This document shows positions 18,993-28,997 of a stretch of DNA of 64,000 nucleotides, in pieces. A program made the translations under genes and the position numbers. The stretch comes from Alphaproteobacteria bacterium (GTDB lineage Bacteria > Pseudomonadota > Alphaproteobacteria > Bin95), in contig CBDBGH010000003.1 of NCBI GenBank assembly GCA_965205265.1, positions 5,184,001 to 5,248,000 on the forward strand, read 5' to 3'. The stretch's first letter is position 1. Each line of letters begins with the position of its first letter. Below the pieces are notes generated by a model, which had not been told where the DNA came from, searched no databases, and saw only the letters and a list, made by a program, of their open reading frames with translations.

Positions 18993-20908
18993 CCTGACTT
19001 CGACGGTTGGGCTGACTTCTGACCGATCTCGCGTCTGGAGTTTTCAGTAAAGCCAATGAGTTGGCAGTTGCGGTGCGGTCAAGCTGCGTTGTAGTGCCTA
19101 GTAAATCTTTGAGACTGTCAATGCCTCCGCCACGCGCTACACTCCCCCCATGTTCGTGCGCATCAAGACCTCCCCCAACAGCCCGCGACGCTCGGTCCAG
19201 ATCGTCGAGGCCGTGCGCGACGGCGGCAAGGTCCGACAGCGCATCGTCCGCCATGTCGGCGTGGCCATGGACGAGGACGAGCTCGAGCGCCTGAGGCAGC
19301 TCGGCGAGTACGTCAAGGCGAAGCTGGAGGACGAGCGTCAGCCGGCATTGTTTGCGCCCGAGAAGATCGCTGAGCAGGCGATCCGTGTCGGCCGCCGGGG
19401 GGACGGCAAGGAGGAACTCCCGGTCGACCTCAAGCAGCTTGAAGAGGAGCAGCGCCTGATCACAGGCATCCACGAGGTCTATGGCGAGATCTACCGGCTG
19501 CTGGGCCTCGACGCGCTGCTGCCGCGCTCGCGCTACCGGGCCTCCCATGACGCGCTGTTCCATGTGGTGATGGCGCGGGTAGCCAACCCCGACAGCAAGC
19601 GGGGCAGCGTGCGCCGGCTCGAGGAGGACTTCGGCGTGAGTCTTCCGCTCGAGAAGGTCTACCGGATGATGGATCAGCTCGACGCGACGGTGATCGAGCG
19701 ACTGCGCACGCGCGTCGGCGAGGCGAGCCGGTCGCTGCTGCCGGAGCCGGTCGCGATCCTCTTCTTCGATTGCACCACGCTCTACTTCGAGACGGCCGCC
19801 GAGGACGAGCTTCGCCAGCACGGCTTCAGCAAGGACGGCAAACACAAGGACTCGCAGGTTCTGCTGGCGCTGATGGTGACGCGCGAAGGGCTGCCGATCA
19901 GCTACGAGGTCTTCCCCGGCGCCACCTACGAGGGACACAGCATGGTCCCGGTCCTGCAGGACATGCAGCGCCGCCACCAGGTGGAGCGCACGGTATGCGT
20001 GGCCGACCGGGGCATGCTGAGCGCCGACAACCTCGACGCCATGGACGCCATCGGCGGCGAGTATGTCGTCGGCGCGCGGCTGCGCAAGCTGCCGCTCGCG
20101 CTGCTGGGGCAGGTTCTCGACCCCGGGACCTATGCCCCGCTGGAGGGCTCACAGGACCGCCGGGTCGGCGAGTGGGAGTACAAGGGCCGTCGCCTGATCG
20201 TCGTCTTCTGCCCCCAGCGCGCACGCAAGGACGCGCACGAGCGCCGCCATCAGGTGGAACGCCTGCTCGACAGGCTGGCCCGCAGCGACAATCCCAGGGA
20301 ACTGCTCTCCAATCACGGGGCGAAGCGCTTCATCGCCGTCGAGGGCGACGCACGGCTCACGGTGAACCCGGAGAAGATCGCCGAGGCCGCACGATGGGAC
20401 GGGCTCACCGGCGTCATCACCAATCTGCGCGACGCGCGCGTCACCGAAGTGATGGCTCACTACCAGGGGCTCTGGCAGGTCGAGGAGAGCTTCCGGATCA
20501 CCAAACACGACCTGAAGATACGTCCCATCTGGCACTGGAACCCGGACCGGATCCGCGCTCACATCGCCATCGCCTTCCTGGCCTTCGCCTGCGTTCGACA
20601 CCTTGCGTACCGCGTCGCCATCCAGAAGCGGCGGATGTCCCCGGAGGTCATCCGCTCCGCCCTCGTCCACCGCCAGTGCTCCCTGCTGCGCTGTCGGCAA
20701 TCGGGCAACCGCTACGTCATCCCCTCGAAGCCGACACCGGCGGCGGAGCAGATTTACGCAACCATGGGGCTGCCCCTGACGATCACCCCGTATCAACTCG
20801 CCTGACCGTCGACGAAGCACGGCTCGAAGAAATGCCGGATGTAGTGCCTAGCCGAAATGAGAACCAGGCAATATCAACTACTTATGCGAATCAACCGTCG
20901 AAGTCAGG
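18993..20908 (+). mobile_element. IS1634-family insertion sequence, copy 1 (1916 bp)
   Basis: 17-bp terminal IRs CCTGACTTCGACGGTTG / CAACCGTCGAAGTCAGG; same length and transposase as copy 2; no flanking duplication seen. Confidence 0.9.
19150..20805 (+). CDS. IS1634-family DDE transposase
   Basis: FFDCTTLYFE, GFSKDGK, VADRG and WQVEESFRITKHDL motifs. Confidence 0.92.
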   Translation: MFVRIKTSPNSPRRSVQIVEAVRDGGKVRQRIVRHVGVAMDEDELERLRQLGEYVKAKLEDERQPALFAPEKIAEQAIRVGRRGDGKEELPVDLKQLEEEQRLITGIHEVYGEIYRLLGLDALLPRSRYRASHDALFHVVMARVANPDSKRGSVRRLEEDFGVSLPLEKVYRMMDQLDATVIERLRTRVGEASRSLLPEPVAILFFDCTTLYFETAAEDELRQHGFSKDGKHKDSQVLLALMVTREGLPISYEVFPGATYEGHSMVPVLQDMQRRHQVERTVCVADRGMLSADNLDAMDAIGGEYVVGARLRKLPLALLGQVLDPGTYAPLEGSQDRRVGEWEYKGRRLIVVFCPQRARKDAHERRHQVERLLDRLARSDNPRELLSNHGAKRFIAVEGDARLTVNPEKIAEAARWDGLTGVITNLRDARVTEVMAHYQGLWQVEESFRITKHDLKIRPIWHWNPDRIRAHIAIAFLAFACVRHLAYRVAIQKRRMSPEVIRSALVHRQCSLLRCRQSGNRYVIPSKPTPAAEQIYATMGLPLTITPYQLA

Positions 20909-20991
20909 CGGCTGTCTGTAGAGGGGCCGTTTCGGGTTTTCATGTCGGCGGGGTAGGCTTTGTGTCGGTCTTGCAGGGAAAACGGCTGGCG

Positions 20992-21582
20992 ATGATCCTG
21001 AGTGAGTTCAGGCAGGCCTATGAAGCCGGAAGGCGGGATTTCTCCGGCGAGGTTCTGGCTGACGTGAACTTCGAGGGCCGCGACATGGAGGCGGTCAACT
21101 TCTCCGGCGCCGATCTGCGTGGCAGCCGGTTCCGGGACTGCCGGCTGGTAGAAGTGAGGTTCGACAGGGCCGACATGCGGCAGGCCGACCTGGCCGGCGC
21201 CTGGATCGAGGGGTGCCGGTTCGAGGAAGCCGAGATGGCGGACAGTGGACTGCCCGAGGCGCGGGTGTTCGATACCGATTTCCGGCACGCTTGGCTTCTG
21301 GGCGCCGATCTGCGCGGCGCGAGGGTCCGCGACTGCTCTTTCGTGGAGACGGACATGAGGCCGAGCGACCGCGCGAGAACCCGGGCGGACAATGCGCTGT
21401 TCGAGAATTCGGACTTCGAGGGCTCGATGGTGTCGGAGATGTCCTTTGCGGGAGTGCTGCTCCAGGGGTGTGCGGGCGAGCCTGCGCTGAGCGACGGAGC
21501 GGATTTCACGAATTGCCGGGCAATCCCGCGGCCGCCGGAGCCGGGTCCCGGGCCGGAACCGGACGCGGGGCCGACGCCATAG
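20992..21582 (+). CDS. Pentapeptide repeat protein
   Basis: AYEAGRRDF cap; tail PEPGPGPEPDAGPTP. Confidence 0.85.
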   Translation: MILSEFRQAYEAGRRDFSGEVLADVNFEGRDMEAVNFSGADLRGSRFRDCRLVEVRFDRADMRQADLAGAWIEGCRFEEAEMADSGLPEARVFDTDFRHAWLLGADLRGARVRDCSFVETDMRPSDRARTRADNALFENSDFEGSMVSEMSFAGVLLQGCAGEPALSDGADFTNCRAIPRPPEPGPGPEPDAGPTP

Positions 21583-21607
21583 CGGCCCGCTCGAGCTGGC
21601 GGAGGGT

Positions 21608-22513
21608 GTGATGGACAGGATGACGCGCGAGCAGGTCGAGAGAGCCTATGGCGAGGGCATGCGGGATTTTCGCGAGTTCGACCTGTCGGAACTGGACCTT
21701 TCTGGCCTTTCCCTGTCGAATGCCTGGATCGGCTGGGCGCGCAATACCGACTTTTCCAACGCCGATCTGGAGGAGGCGGTCCTCACGGATGTGACAGGTT
21801 GCAATTTCACCGATGCCCGGCTGTCGCGTGCCGTATTCGGGGAGCTTCTGCTGACCAGCACGGGCCCCGGCTACGCTGGCGGGGCCTGCTTCAGGGGAGC
21901 GAACCTGTCGCGTGCCGTATGCAAGCGGGCCATCTTCACCGGGGCCGATTTCACGGGGGCGAACATGACCGGCTGCGACTGCCGGTCCGGCAATTTCAGC
22001 AAGGCTGACCTTTCCGGGATCATAGGCAACTGGATCGTTTTCACAGGCGCCAGGCTGGACGGCGCGACGCTGAGCGACGCCCGGCTGTTGTACTCCAATT
22101 TCGACAGGGCCTCGCTTCGGGAGGCGATCCTGAAGGACACCCTGATCTCTGCCGTTTCGGCGGATTCGGCGACCTTCTCGAATGCGCGGATGGAGAAGGC
22201 CCGGATAGAACAGTCCGACTTTACACGGGCCGACCTGTCGGGCGCGGACATGCGCGGCGTCGTCGCCGCCTGGTCCCGGTTCGACGGGACGGTGTTCCGC
22301 AAGGCCGACCTGCGGGATCTGGAGGCGGAGGCTCCGGTGTTTGCCAGGGACGCCGACTGGAGGGAGGCCGACCTGTCCGGCGCCGGACTGGCAGAAGTGG
22401 TTTTCGCAGACGGCCGCTTCGAGGGAACGCGGGCGGAAGGCGTCCGGTTCGGCGATGGTGGCCCGCCTGAAGGGCTTGTTACGGGAAGGGCTGCGGCGGC
22501 GGGGCCCGGCTGA
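21608..22513 (+). CDS. Pentapeptide repeat protein
   Basis: AYGEGMRDF cap; repeats; GGAGG RBS. Confidence 0.9.
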   Translation: MMDRMTREQVERAYGEGMRDFREFDLSELDLSGLSLSNAWIGWARNTDFSNADLEEAVLTDVTGCNFTDARLSRAVFGELLLTSTGPGYAGGACFRGANLSRAVCKRAIFTGADFTGANMTGCDCRSGNFSKADLSGIIGNWIVFTGARLDGATLSDARLLYSNFDRASLREAILKDTLISAVSADSATFSNARMEKARIEQSDFTRADLSGADMRGVVAAWSRFDGTVFRKADLRDLEAEAPVFARDADWREADLSGAGLAEVVFADGRFEGTRAEGVRFGDGGPPEGLVTGRAAAAGPG

Positions 22514-22528
22514 GCTGGAGGAGATCTG

Positions 22529-23668
22529 GTGATGGACAGGGTAGTCCGGCGGATCGAGGAGCTTTACGCTGGCGGGCGCCGCGATTTCCGCGGCTGGGAC
22601 CTGCGTGGGCAGGACCTGCGCGGACTCCATCTATCGGGCGCGAACTTCACCGGCTGCGATTGCCGGGGTGCGGATTTCTCCGAGGCGACGCTCAACCGCG
22701 CGAGGTTCGACATGTGCGACATGCGCGGGGCTCGCTTTGCCGATGCCGCGCTCGGCATGGCACGGTTCTGGAGGGCTGATATTTCCGGGACCGACTTCCG
22801 GGGTGCCTATATCTATGGAGCAAGAGCCCGCGGGGCGAAGGTGGACCATACGGATTTCTCCGGGGTGCGCGGCGCGGAGCCGGGAGCAATGCTCGGCGGG
22901 CCGGATGAGGCGCTTGCCGAAGCGCGCCGGCATGTGCAGATCGACGAAGTCGGAAATGTGCGTGTGAATCCCGCGCGCATGGAGGGCCGTCGGCCCCAAT
23001 TCAGGCAGGAGGATGTGGATTTCCTGCGACGCGAGCGGATCGTGGCCCGCCTTGCGGCAGGCCAGCCGCGCACGACGTCCGGCCTGGTGGACTTCGGCGG
23101 CTATGACTTCTCGGGCCTGGACCTCTCGGGGCTGGACATGTCCAGCTGCGATATGACCCGGGCGCGGTTCCATGGCGCCGACATGCGGGGTGCGAAACTG
23201 ACAGGCTCGGCCCTTTACCGGGCCGAACTGGTGTCGGTGGACCTGACCGAGGCCCGGGCGGACGGCTGCTATATCGCCGAGGCGGACATGCTCGGATGCA
23301 GGGCCTCGGACGCGGTGTTCGACGAATGCGACATCAGGCGCACGGCCATTCTGGCATGCGACCTGGAAAGGGCAGGGTTCGAGCGAGCGAATATGAGCGG
23401 CAACCGGTTTGTGGACCCGGACATGGAGCGTGGCCTTCCGTTGGATGTCTGCCGTCGTCTCGATACGCCGTCGCGCACGGAGATGCCCGGGGCGACGTTG
23501 CGGGGCTCCCGGATCCGCGAGAGCGTGTTCAGCGAGGACCAGATGGCGGAGGCGGATTTCGCCGACGTCTCCTACAGTCCGCCGACCGCAGGGAAGGGGG
23601 GATACGGTGCGGAACCCGGGATGGTCCCGGAGGCGCGCCCCGAAGGGCCGACGCTGCCTTCGCTCTAG
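22529..23668 (+). CDS. Pentapeptide repeat protein (two modules)
   Basis: LYAGGRRDF cap; second repeat block after a linker. Confidence 0.9.
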   Translation: MMDRVVRRIEELYAGGRRDFRGWDLRGQDLRGLHLSGANFTGCDCRGADFSEATLNRARFDMCDMRGARFADAALGMARFWRADISGTDFRGAYIYGARARGAKVDHTDFSGVRGAEPGAMLGGPDEALAEARRHVQIDEVGNVRVNPARMEGRRPQFRQEDVDFLRRERIVARLAAGQPRTTSGLVDFGGYDFSGLDLSGLDMSSCDMTRARFHGADMRGAKLTGSALYRAELVSVDLTEARADGCYIAEADMLGCRASDAVFDECDIRRTAILACDLERAGFERANMSGNRFVDPDMERGLPLDVCRRLDTPSRTEMPGATLRGSRIRESVFSEDQMAEADFADVSYSPPTAGKGGYGAEPGMVPEARPEGPTLPSL

Positions 23669-23767
23669 CCCGGTCCCGCCGGGGTGTTCGGACGCCATAG
23701 GCGGACCTTCGTGTTTTCACCCCTCTGAAGCACAATGGCGTGAGAGGGTAAACGAGAGGCGTCGGCC

Positions 23768-24673
23768 ATGCTGCACGGGCTGAAGATGACCGAGGAGGAT
23801 GTCCGGAAGCGTCTTCAGAGAGGCGAGAAGAACTTCGCCGGCTGCGACTTCTCGATTCTCGATCTCGGCGGCCTCGACTTCTCGGGCTGCCGTCTCGACC
23901 GAGCACAGTTCAGGAGCTGCATTCTGGATCTGGAGAAGGCCAATCTGCGCGGGGCGGACATCAACGGCGCGGATTTCACCGGGGCGGCCTTGAGCGGGGC
24001 GTGCCTCGACGCCGCCCGGGGCGTCGGGGCGCGGTTCGCCGGGGTTGTGTTGCGTGAGGTCAGCATGGTGCGGGCCGACATGACGGAAGCGGATTTCAGC
24101 CGGGCCGACCTGACCGGCTCCAATCTCTACGGAACCCGCTTCCTGCGCGCGAACGCAGTCGAGGCGGTCATGCGCCGGGTCGAAGCACGCCGATCCTGTT
24201 TCATGGATGCGGACATGCGCAAGGCGGACATCGCGGATGGCCGCTTCGACCATGCGGTGCTGGACGCCGCCGACATGCGCGGCGTGTATGGTCCGGAGGC
24301 ATTCTTCACCGGGGCATCCATGCACATGGCATGCCTTGAGGAAGCGGTGCTCGACGATGTGAGGATGGGAGAGGCCGATCTCGGGTCGGCGAGCCTGCGA
24401 AACGCGGAAATGTCGGGCGCCCGTCTTTCCAGGGCCCATATGTCCGGCGCAGACATGTGCGAGGCCAAATTGCAGGGAGCCGATCTGGAGGAAGCGACCT
24501 GCGCCGGTGCGTCTTTCCTGGGTGCGGACCTGTCGGAAACGAATTTCAGGAACGCCCATTGGGACGAGGCCGCCGATTTCTCCGGAGCCCGGGTGACCGG
24601 GGCGCATTTCACCGGAGGGGCAGCGCCGCCGGGCGCCGTTCAGGATGAACCGGCGCCAGCGCTTGCGTCCTGA
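23768..24673 (+). CDS. Pentapeptide repeat protein
   Basis: RLQRGEKNF cap; continuous repeats. Confidence 0.9.
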   Translation: MLHGLKMTEEDVRKRLQRGEKNFAGCDFSILDLGGLDFSGCRLDRAQFRSCILDLEKANLRGADINGADFTGAALSGACLDAARGVGARFAGVVLREVSMVRADMTEADFSRADLTGSNLYGTRFLRANAVEAVMRRVEARRSCFMDADMRKADIADGRFDHAVLDAADMRGVYGPEAFFTGASMHMACLEEAVLDDVRMGEADLGSASLRNAEMSGARLSRAHMSGADMCEAKLQGADLEEATCAGASFLGADLSETNFRNAHWDEAADFSGARVTGAHFTGGAAPPGAVQDEPAPALAS

Positions 24674-24718
24674 CAGGGTCTGGGTGGACCGATTACACGA
24701 AACGAGGAGGACAGCAGG

Positions 24719-25396
24719 ATGGGTGACAACGAACCGCAGGAGGTCCTGTCCATTCCGTTGCTCGGAGCCGGGGAGCGCGACCGCTTCGCGGCGTTGACAT
24801 TCAAATTGAAGAGGATGTTCCGGGACCTGGAAGAGTTCCCCCGCGCCTTGGACGGAATGGAGCGCAACGACATGATTCGCTCGCTCGGTCTCCTGGACGA
24901 GGTCATTTACGGTCTGGACAGGTGGATGGAAGACCATCTGAGCGCGGCCTTCAGGGCCCGGGACCTGGCGGGCGAGAACGAGCGTCTGCGGGCGAGCAGT
25001 TCCGCCCTGTCGGAGGCCCTCCGGGGTTGGCACGAGCTGGATGACGGTCACACGCCGGAGCGCGTGTCCAGAGAGCAGCCCCTGATTTCAAGGGCAGAAA
25101 GGGATCGGGCCGGGTCCATCCTCTTCAATGCCGATGACGCCAACAGGATTGCCGAGTGGTCCCGGGAGCGGTTTGCCGAGGCGCTCGATGACCTCGAGGC
25201 TGAAATCCGGGGACAGTCGGCTCTGGCGTTCCGGTTCGCGCGGCACGCTTTGCAGGCCTATGCCCGGATTGCGCCGGACGAACCTGCGAGCAATCTCGTG
25301 AATGACTTCGATACGCTGGCGGAGATCGTCGAGGAGGTCCGCACCGATGCGCACAGGAGGCTGGAGGCGGAACAAGGGGACAGCGCGGAACCATAG
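24719..25396 (+). CDS. Hypothetical helical protein
   Basis: GAGGAGG RBS; 225-aa acidic ORF. Confidence 0.7.
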   Translation: MGDNEPQEVLSIPLLGAGERDRFAALTFKLKRMFRDLEEFPRALDGMERNDMIRSLGLLDEVIYGLDRWMEDHLSAAFRARDLAGENERLRASSSALSEALRGWHELDDGHTPERVSREQPLISRAERDRAGSILFNADDANRIAEWSRERFAEALDDLEAEIRGQSALAFRFARHALQAYARIAPDEPASNLVNDFDTLAEIVEEVRTDAHRRLEAEQGDSAEP

Positions 25397-25435
25397 TCGG
25401 TTCCGTCTTCCGGATTTACGAGGAGGGGAGCGGCC

Positions 25436-26395
25436 GTGAGAGGTCAACGTCCCTACAGGGAAATCCTGATGGAGCAGGCCGTGGTCATCAAGGACGCCCT
25501 CTGCGCCGATGTGGCGGCGTGGAACAGGGTCTTCGACGCCGGCGACGAAGAGCGGGCCGATGCGCTTCGCGCGGAAATGGCGGAGGGAGTCGCGCATGCG
25601 GTCGCGTTTCGGGTCAGTGACGGGTCCTGGCATTGGGAGTGGGGGCTGGCCGGCGCTCGTTTAGGCAGTGTCGATGTTCGCATGACCGGCCCGGTCGGGA
25701 AGGATGGCGAGATTGCCGATGCCACCCTGCAATGCCTGCAGGACGGCGCCTGGACCGATGTGCCCTGCACAGAGGACGAGAAAGCGCTGCTTTACGATGC
25801 GGCGCTCTTTGCGCTCGGGAATTGCGACAGCCTCATAGAGGAGGCGGTCGAGGAGGAGATCGACGAAGGCTTGCGGGACGGGCTGTCAGAGTTCTATTCG
25901 ATGCCGGTGGATCCGGGACGCGGCGAGGGCGATGGAAGCCCGCAGGCAGACGCGGTGCGCCACAATGTGGCGGTCGTCTGCGGTGCCTTGGAGGAGAACC
26001 GGATCGGTGGCCTCGTGGCCGCGTTCGGAGGGGAGGCAGGCGAGGGATCGGTTCGGATAGATCTGCCGAAGGCAGAGTGGATATTCGCGCTTCCCGTTCG
26101 GGGCCTTCTGGAGGACACCGGAGAGGGGCTGGCGGCTCCCCGGCCGGACATGCGTCTCGACGCGGCCGTGGCGTTTGTCGGCGCGGAAGTCCTGGACTCG
26201 CTCTACGGAGGAGAGTGGAAGGAGGGAGACGGCGCGCTCGGCAGGATCGTCTTCATGGACGACAAGGCGAGGGTGATGTGCGGGTCTCGGGCGGTTCTGG
26301 CCGAAGACCCGGCCGCGCGCTGGGACCGAGCGGAGATCGGAGGCCGTCATCTCCGTCGCCTCCCTGAGGAGGGAGGCCTTTCGCCTTCGCCATAG
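25436..26395 (+). CDS. Hypothetical protein with divergent C-terminal DUF6878-like domain
   Basis: HNVAVVCGAL...AFGGEAGEG...GEWKEGDGALG aligns by eye to the 3863 and 5885 proteins. Confidence 0.6.
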   Translation: MRGQRPYREILMEQAVVIKDALCADVAAWNRVFDAGDEERADALRAEMAEGVAHAVAFRVSDGSWHWEWGLAGARLGSVDVRMTGPVGKDGEIADATLQCLQDGAWTDVPCTEDEKALLYDAALFALGNCDSLIEEAVEEEIDEGLRDGLSEFYSMPVDPGRGEGDGSPQADAVRHNVAVVCGALEENRIGGLVAAFGGEAGEGSVRIDLPKAEWIFALPVRGLLEDTGEGLAAPRPDMRLDAAVAFVGAEVLDSLYGGEWKEGDGALGRIVFMDDKARVMCGSRAVLAEDPAARWDRAEIGGRHLRRLPEEGGLSPSP

Positions 26396-26681
26396 GGGCG
26401 CGGGATGCCCGGTATTTTCCCGGTTCGGAGACTTGTCCGGAGCCGCAGAAGGAGAAACCCTCATGTCGGAAGCGGGCCCATCCATTACCCTGACCGGGCT
26501 GCAGGAGCGCTACAACGCCGGCGAACGGGACTTCCGGGGGATTTCCGCACGCGGCCAACGTATCCGGAATATCGAGGTTCCCGGCGCGGACTTCAGCGGT
26601 GCGGATTTCAGCGGCGTCCACATCGAGGCGACGTGCGATTTTTCCGATTGCCGGCTGGACGATGCGGATTTCAGCCATAGC

Positions 26682-26881
26682 AGGATCGCTCGCGGGCATT
26701 TCATCCGCTGCGGTATGCAGCGGGCAAATCTGGAGGGGGCCCGGTTTCGCCAGCCCCTGTTCACCAAGGCCGATCTGAGCGAGGCCAATTGCAGGGAAGC
26801 CTATCTATGGGGCAGCGGCCTGACAAGCGCCTCTTTCAGGAATGCCGACCTTACGGAAGCGCTCGTCTCAAGGACAGATCT
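26682..26881 (+). repeat. 200-bp target-site duplication, left copy
   Basis: Matches 28798-28997 by eye and abuts the IS end. Confidence 0.9.
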
Positions 26882-28797
26882 CCTGACTTCGACGGTTGGG
26901 CTGACTTCTGACCGATCTCGCGTCTGGAGTTTTCAGTAAAGCCAATGAGTTGGCAGTTGCGGTGCGGTCAAGCTGCGTTGTAGTGCCTAGTAAATCTTTG
27001 AGACTGTCAATGCCTCCGCCACGCGCTACACTCCCCCCATGTTCGTGCGCATCAAGACCTCCCCCAACAGCCCGCGACGCTCGGTCCAGATCGTCGAGGC
27101 CGTGCGCGACGGCGGCAAGGTCCGACAGCGCATCGTCCGCCATGTCGGCGTGGCCATGGACGAGGACGAGCTCGAGCGCCTGAGGCAGCTCGGCGAGTAC
27201 GTCAAGGCGAAGCTGGAGGACGAGCGTCAGCCGGCATTGTTTGCGCCCGAGAAGATCGCTGAGCAGGCGATCCGTGTCGGCCGCCGGGGGGACGGCAAGG
27301 AGGAACTCCCGGTCGACCTCAAGCAGCTTGAAGAGGAGCAGCGCCTGATCACAGGCATCCACGAGGTCTATGGCGAGATCTACCGGCTGCTGGGCCTCGA
27401 CGCGCTGCTGCCGCGCTCGCGCTACCGGGCCTCCCATGACGCGCTGTTCCATGTGGTGATGGCGCGGGTAGCCAACCCCGACAGCAAGCGGGGCAGCGTG
27501 CGCCGGCTCGAGGAGGACTTCGGCGTGAGTCTTCCGCTCGAGAAGGTCTACCGGATGATGGATCAGCTCGACGCGACGGTGATCGAGCGACTGCGCACGC
27601 GCGTCGGCGAGGCGAGCCGGTCGCTGCTGCCGGAGCCGGTCGCGATCCTCTTCTTCGATTGCACCACGCTCTACTTCGAGACGGCCGCCGAGGACGAGCT
27701 TCGCCAGCACGGCTTCAGCAAGGACGGCAAACACAAGGACTCGCAGGTTCTGCTGGCGCTGATGGTGACGCGCGAAGGGCTGCCGATCAGCTACGAGGTC
27801 TTCCCCGGCGCCACCTACGAGGGACACAGCATGGTCCCGGTCCTGCAGGACATGCAGCGCCGCCACCAGGTGGAGCGCACGGTATGCGTGGCCGACCGGG
27901 GCATGCTGAGCGCCGACAACCTCGACGCCATGGACGCCATCGGCGGCGAGTATGTCGTCGGCGCGCGGCTGCGCAAGCTGCCGCTCGCGCTGCTGGGGCA
28001 GGTTCTCGACCCCGGGACCTATGCCCCGCTGGAGGGCTCACAGGACCGCCGGGTCGGCGAGTGGGAGTACAAGGGCCGTCGCCTGATCGTCGTCTTCTGC
28101 CCCCAGCGCGCACGCAAGGACGCGCACGAGCGCCGCCATCAGGTGGAACGCCTGCTCGACAGGCTGGCCCGCAGCGACAATCCCAGGGAACTGCTCTCCA
28201 ATCACGGGGCGAAGCGCTTCATCGCCGTCGAGGGCGACGCACGGCTCACGGTGAACCCGGAGAAGATCGCCGAGGCCGCACGATGGGACGGGCTCACCGG
28301 CGTCATCACCAATCTGCGCGACGCGCGCGTCACCGAAGTGATGGCTCACTACCAGGGGCTCTGGCAGGTCGAGGAGAGCTTCCGGATCACCAAACACGAC
28401 CTGAAGATACGTCCCATCTGGCACTGGAACCCGGACCGGATCCGCGCTCACATCGCCATCGCCTTCCTGGCCTTCGCCTGCGTTCGACACCTTGCGTACC
28501 GCGTCGCCATCCAGAAGCGGCGGATGTCCCCGGAGGTCATCCGCTCCGCCCTCGTCCACCGCCAGTGCTCCCTGCTGCGCTGTCGGCAATCGGGCAACCG
28601 CTACGTCATCCCCTCGAAGCCGACACCGGCGGCGGAGCAGATTTACGCAACCATGGGGCTGCCCCTGACGATCACCCCGTATCAACTCGCCTGACCGTCG
28701 ACGAAGCACGGCTCGAAGAAATGCCGGATGTAGTGCCTAGCCGAAATGAGAACCAGGCAATATCAACTACTTATGCGAATCAACCGTCGAAGTCAGG
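26882..28797 (+). mobile_element. IS1634-family insertion sequence, copy 2 (1916 bp)
   Basis: Same IRs and transposase as copy 1; flanked by a 200-bp direct repeat. Confidence 0.92.
27039..28694 (+). CDS. IS1634-family DDE transposase
   Basis: Protein identical to 19150..20805. Confidence 0.92.
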   Translation: MFVRIKTSPNSPRRSVQIVEAVRDGGKVRQRIVRHVGVAMDEDELERLRQLGEYVKAKLEDERQPALFAPEKIAEQAIRVGRRGDGKEELPVDLKQLEEEQRLITGIHEVYGEIYRLLGLDALLPRSRYRASHDALFHVVMARVANPDSKRGSVRRLEEDFGVSLPLEKVYRMMDQLDATVIERLRTRVGEASRSLLPEPVAILFFDCTTLYFETAAEDELRQHGFSKDGKHKDSQVLLALMVTREGLPISYEVFPGATYEGHSMVPVLQDMQRRHQVERTVCVADRGMLSADNLDAMDAIGGEYVVGARLRKLPLALLGQVLDPGTYAPLEGSQDRRVGEWEYKGRRLIVVFCPQRARKDAHERRHQVERLLDRLARSDNPRELLSNHGAKRFIAVEGDARLTVNPEKIAEAARWDGLTGVITNLRDARVTEVMAHYQGLWQVEESFRITKHDLKIRPIWHWNPDRIRAHIAIAFLAFACVRHLAYRVAIQKRRMSPEVIRSALVHRQCSLLRCRQSGNRYVIPSKPTPAAEQIYATMGLPLTITPYQLA

Positions 28798-28997
28798 AGG
28801 ATCGCTCGCGGGCATTTCATCCGCTGCGGTATGCAGCGGGCAAATCTGGAGGGGGCCCGGTTTCGCCAGCCCCTGTTCACCAAGGCCGATCTGAGCGAGG
28901 CCAATTGCAGGGAAGCCTATCTATGGGGCAGCGGCCTGACAAGCGCCTCTTTCAGGAATGCCGACCTTACGGAAGCGCTCGTCTCAAGGACAGATCT
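28798..28997 (+). repeat. 200-bp target-site duplication, right copy
   Basis: Matches 26682-26881. Confidence 0.9.
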
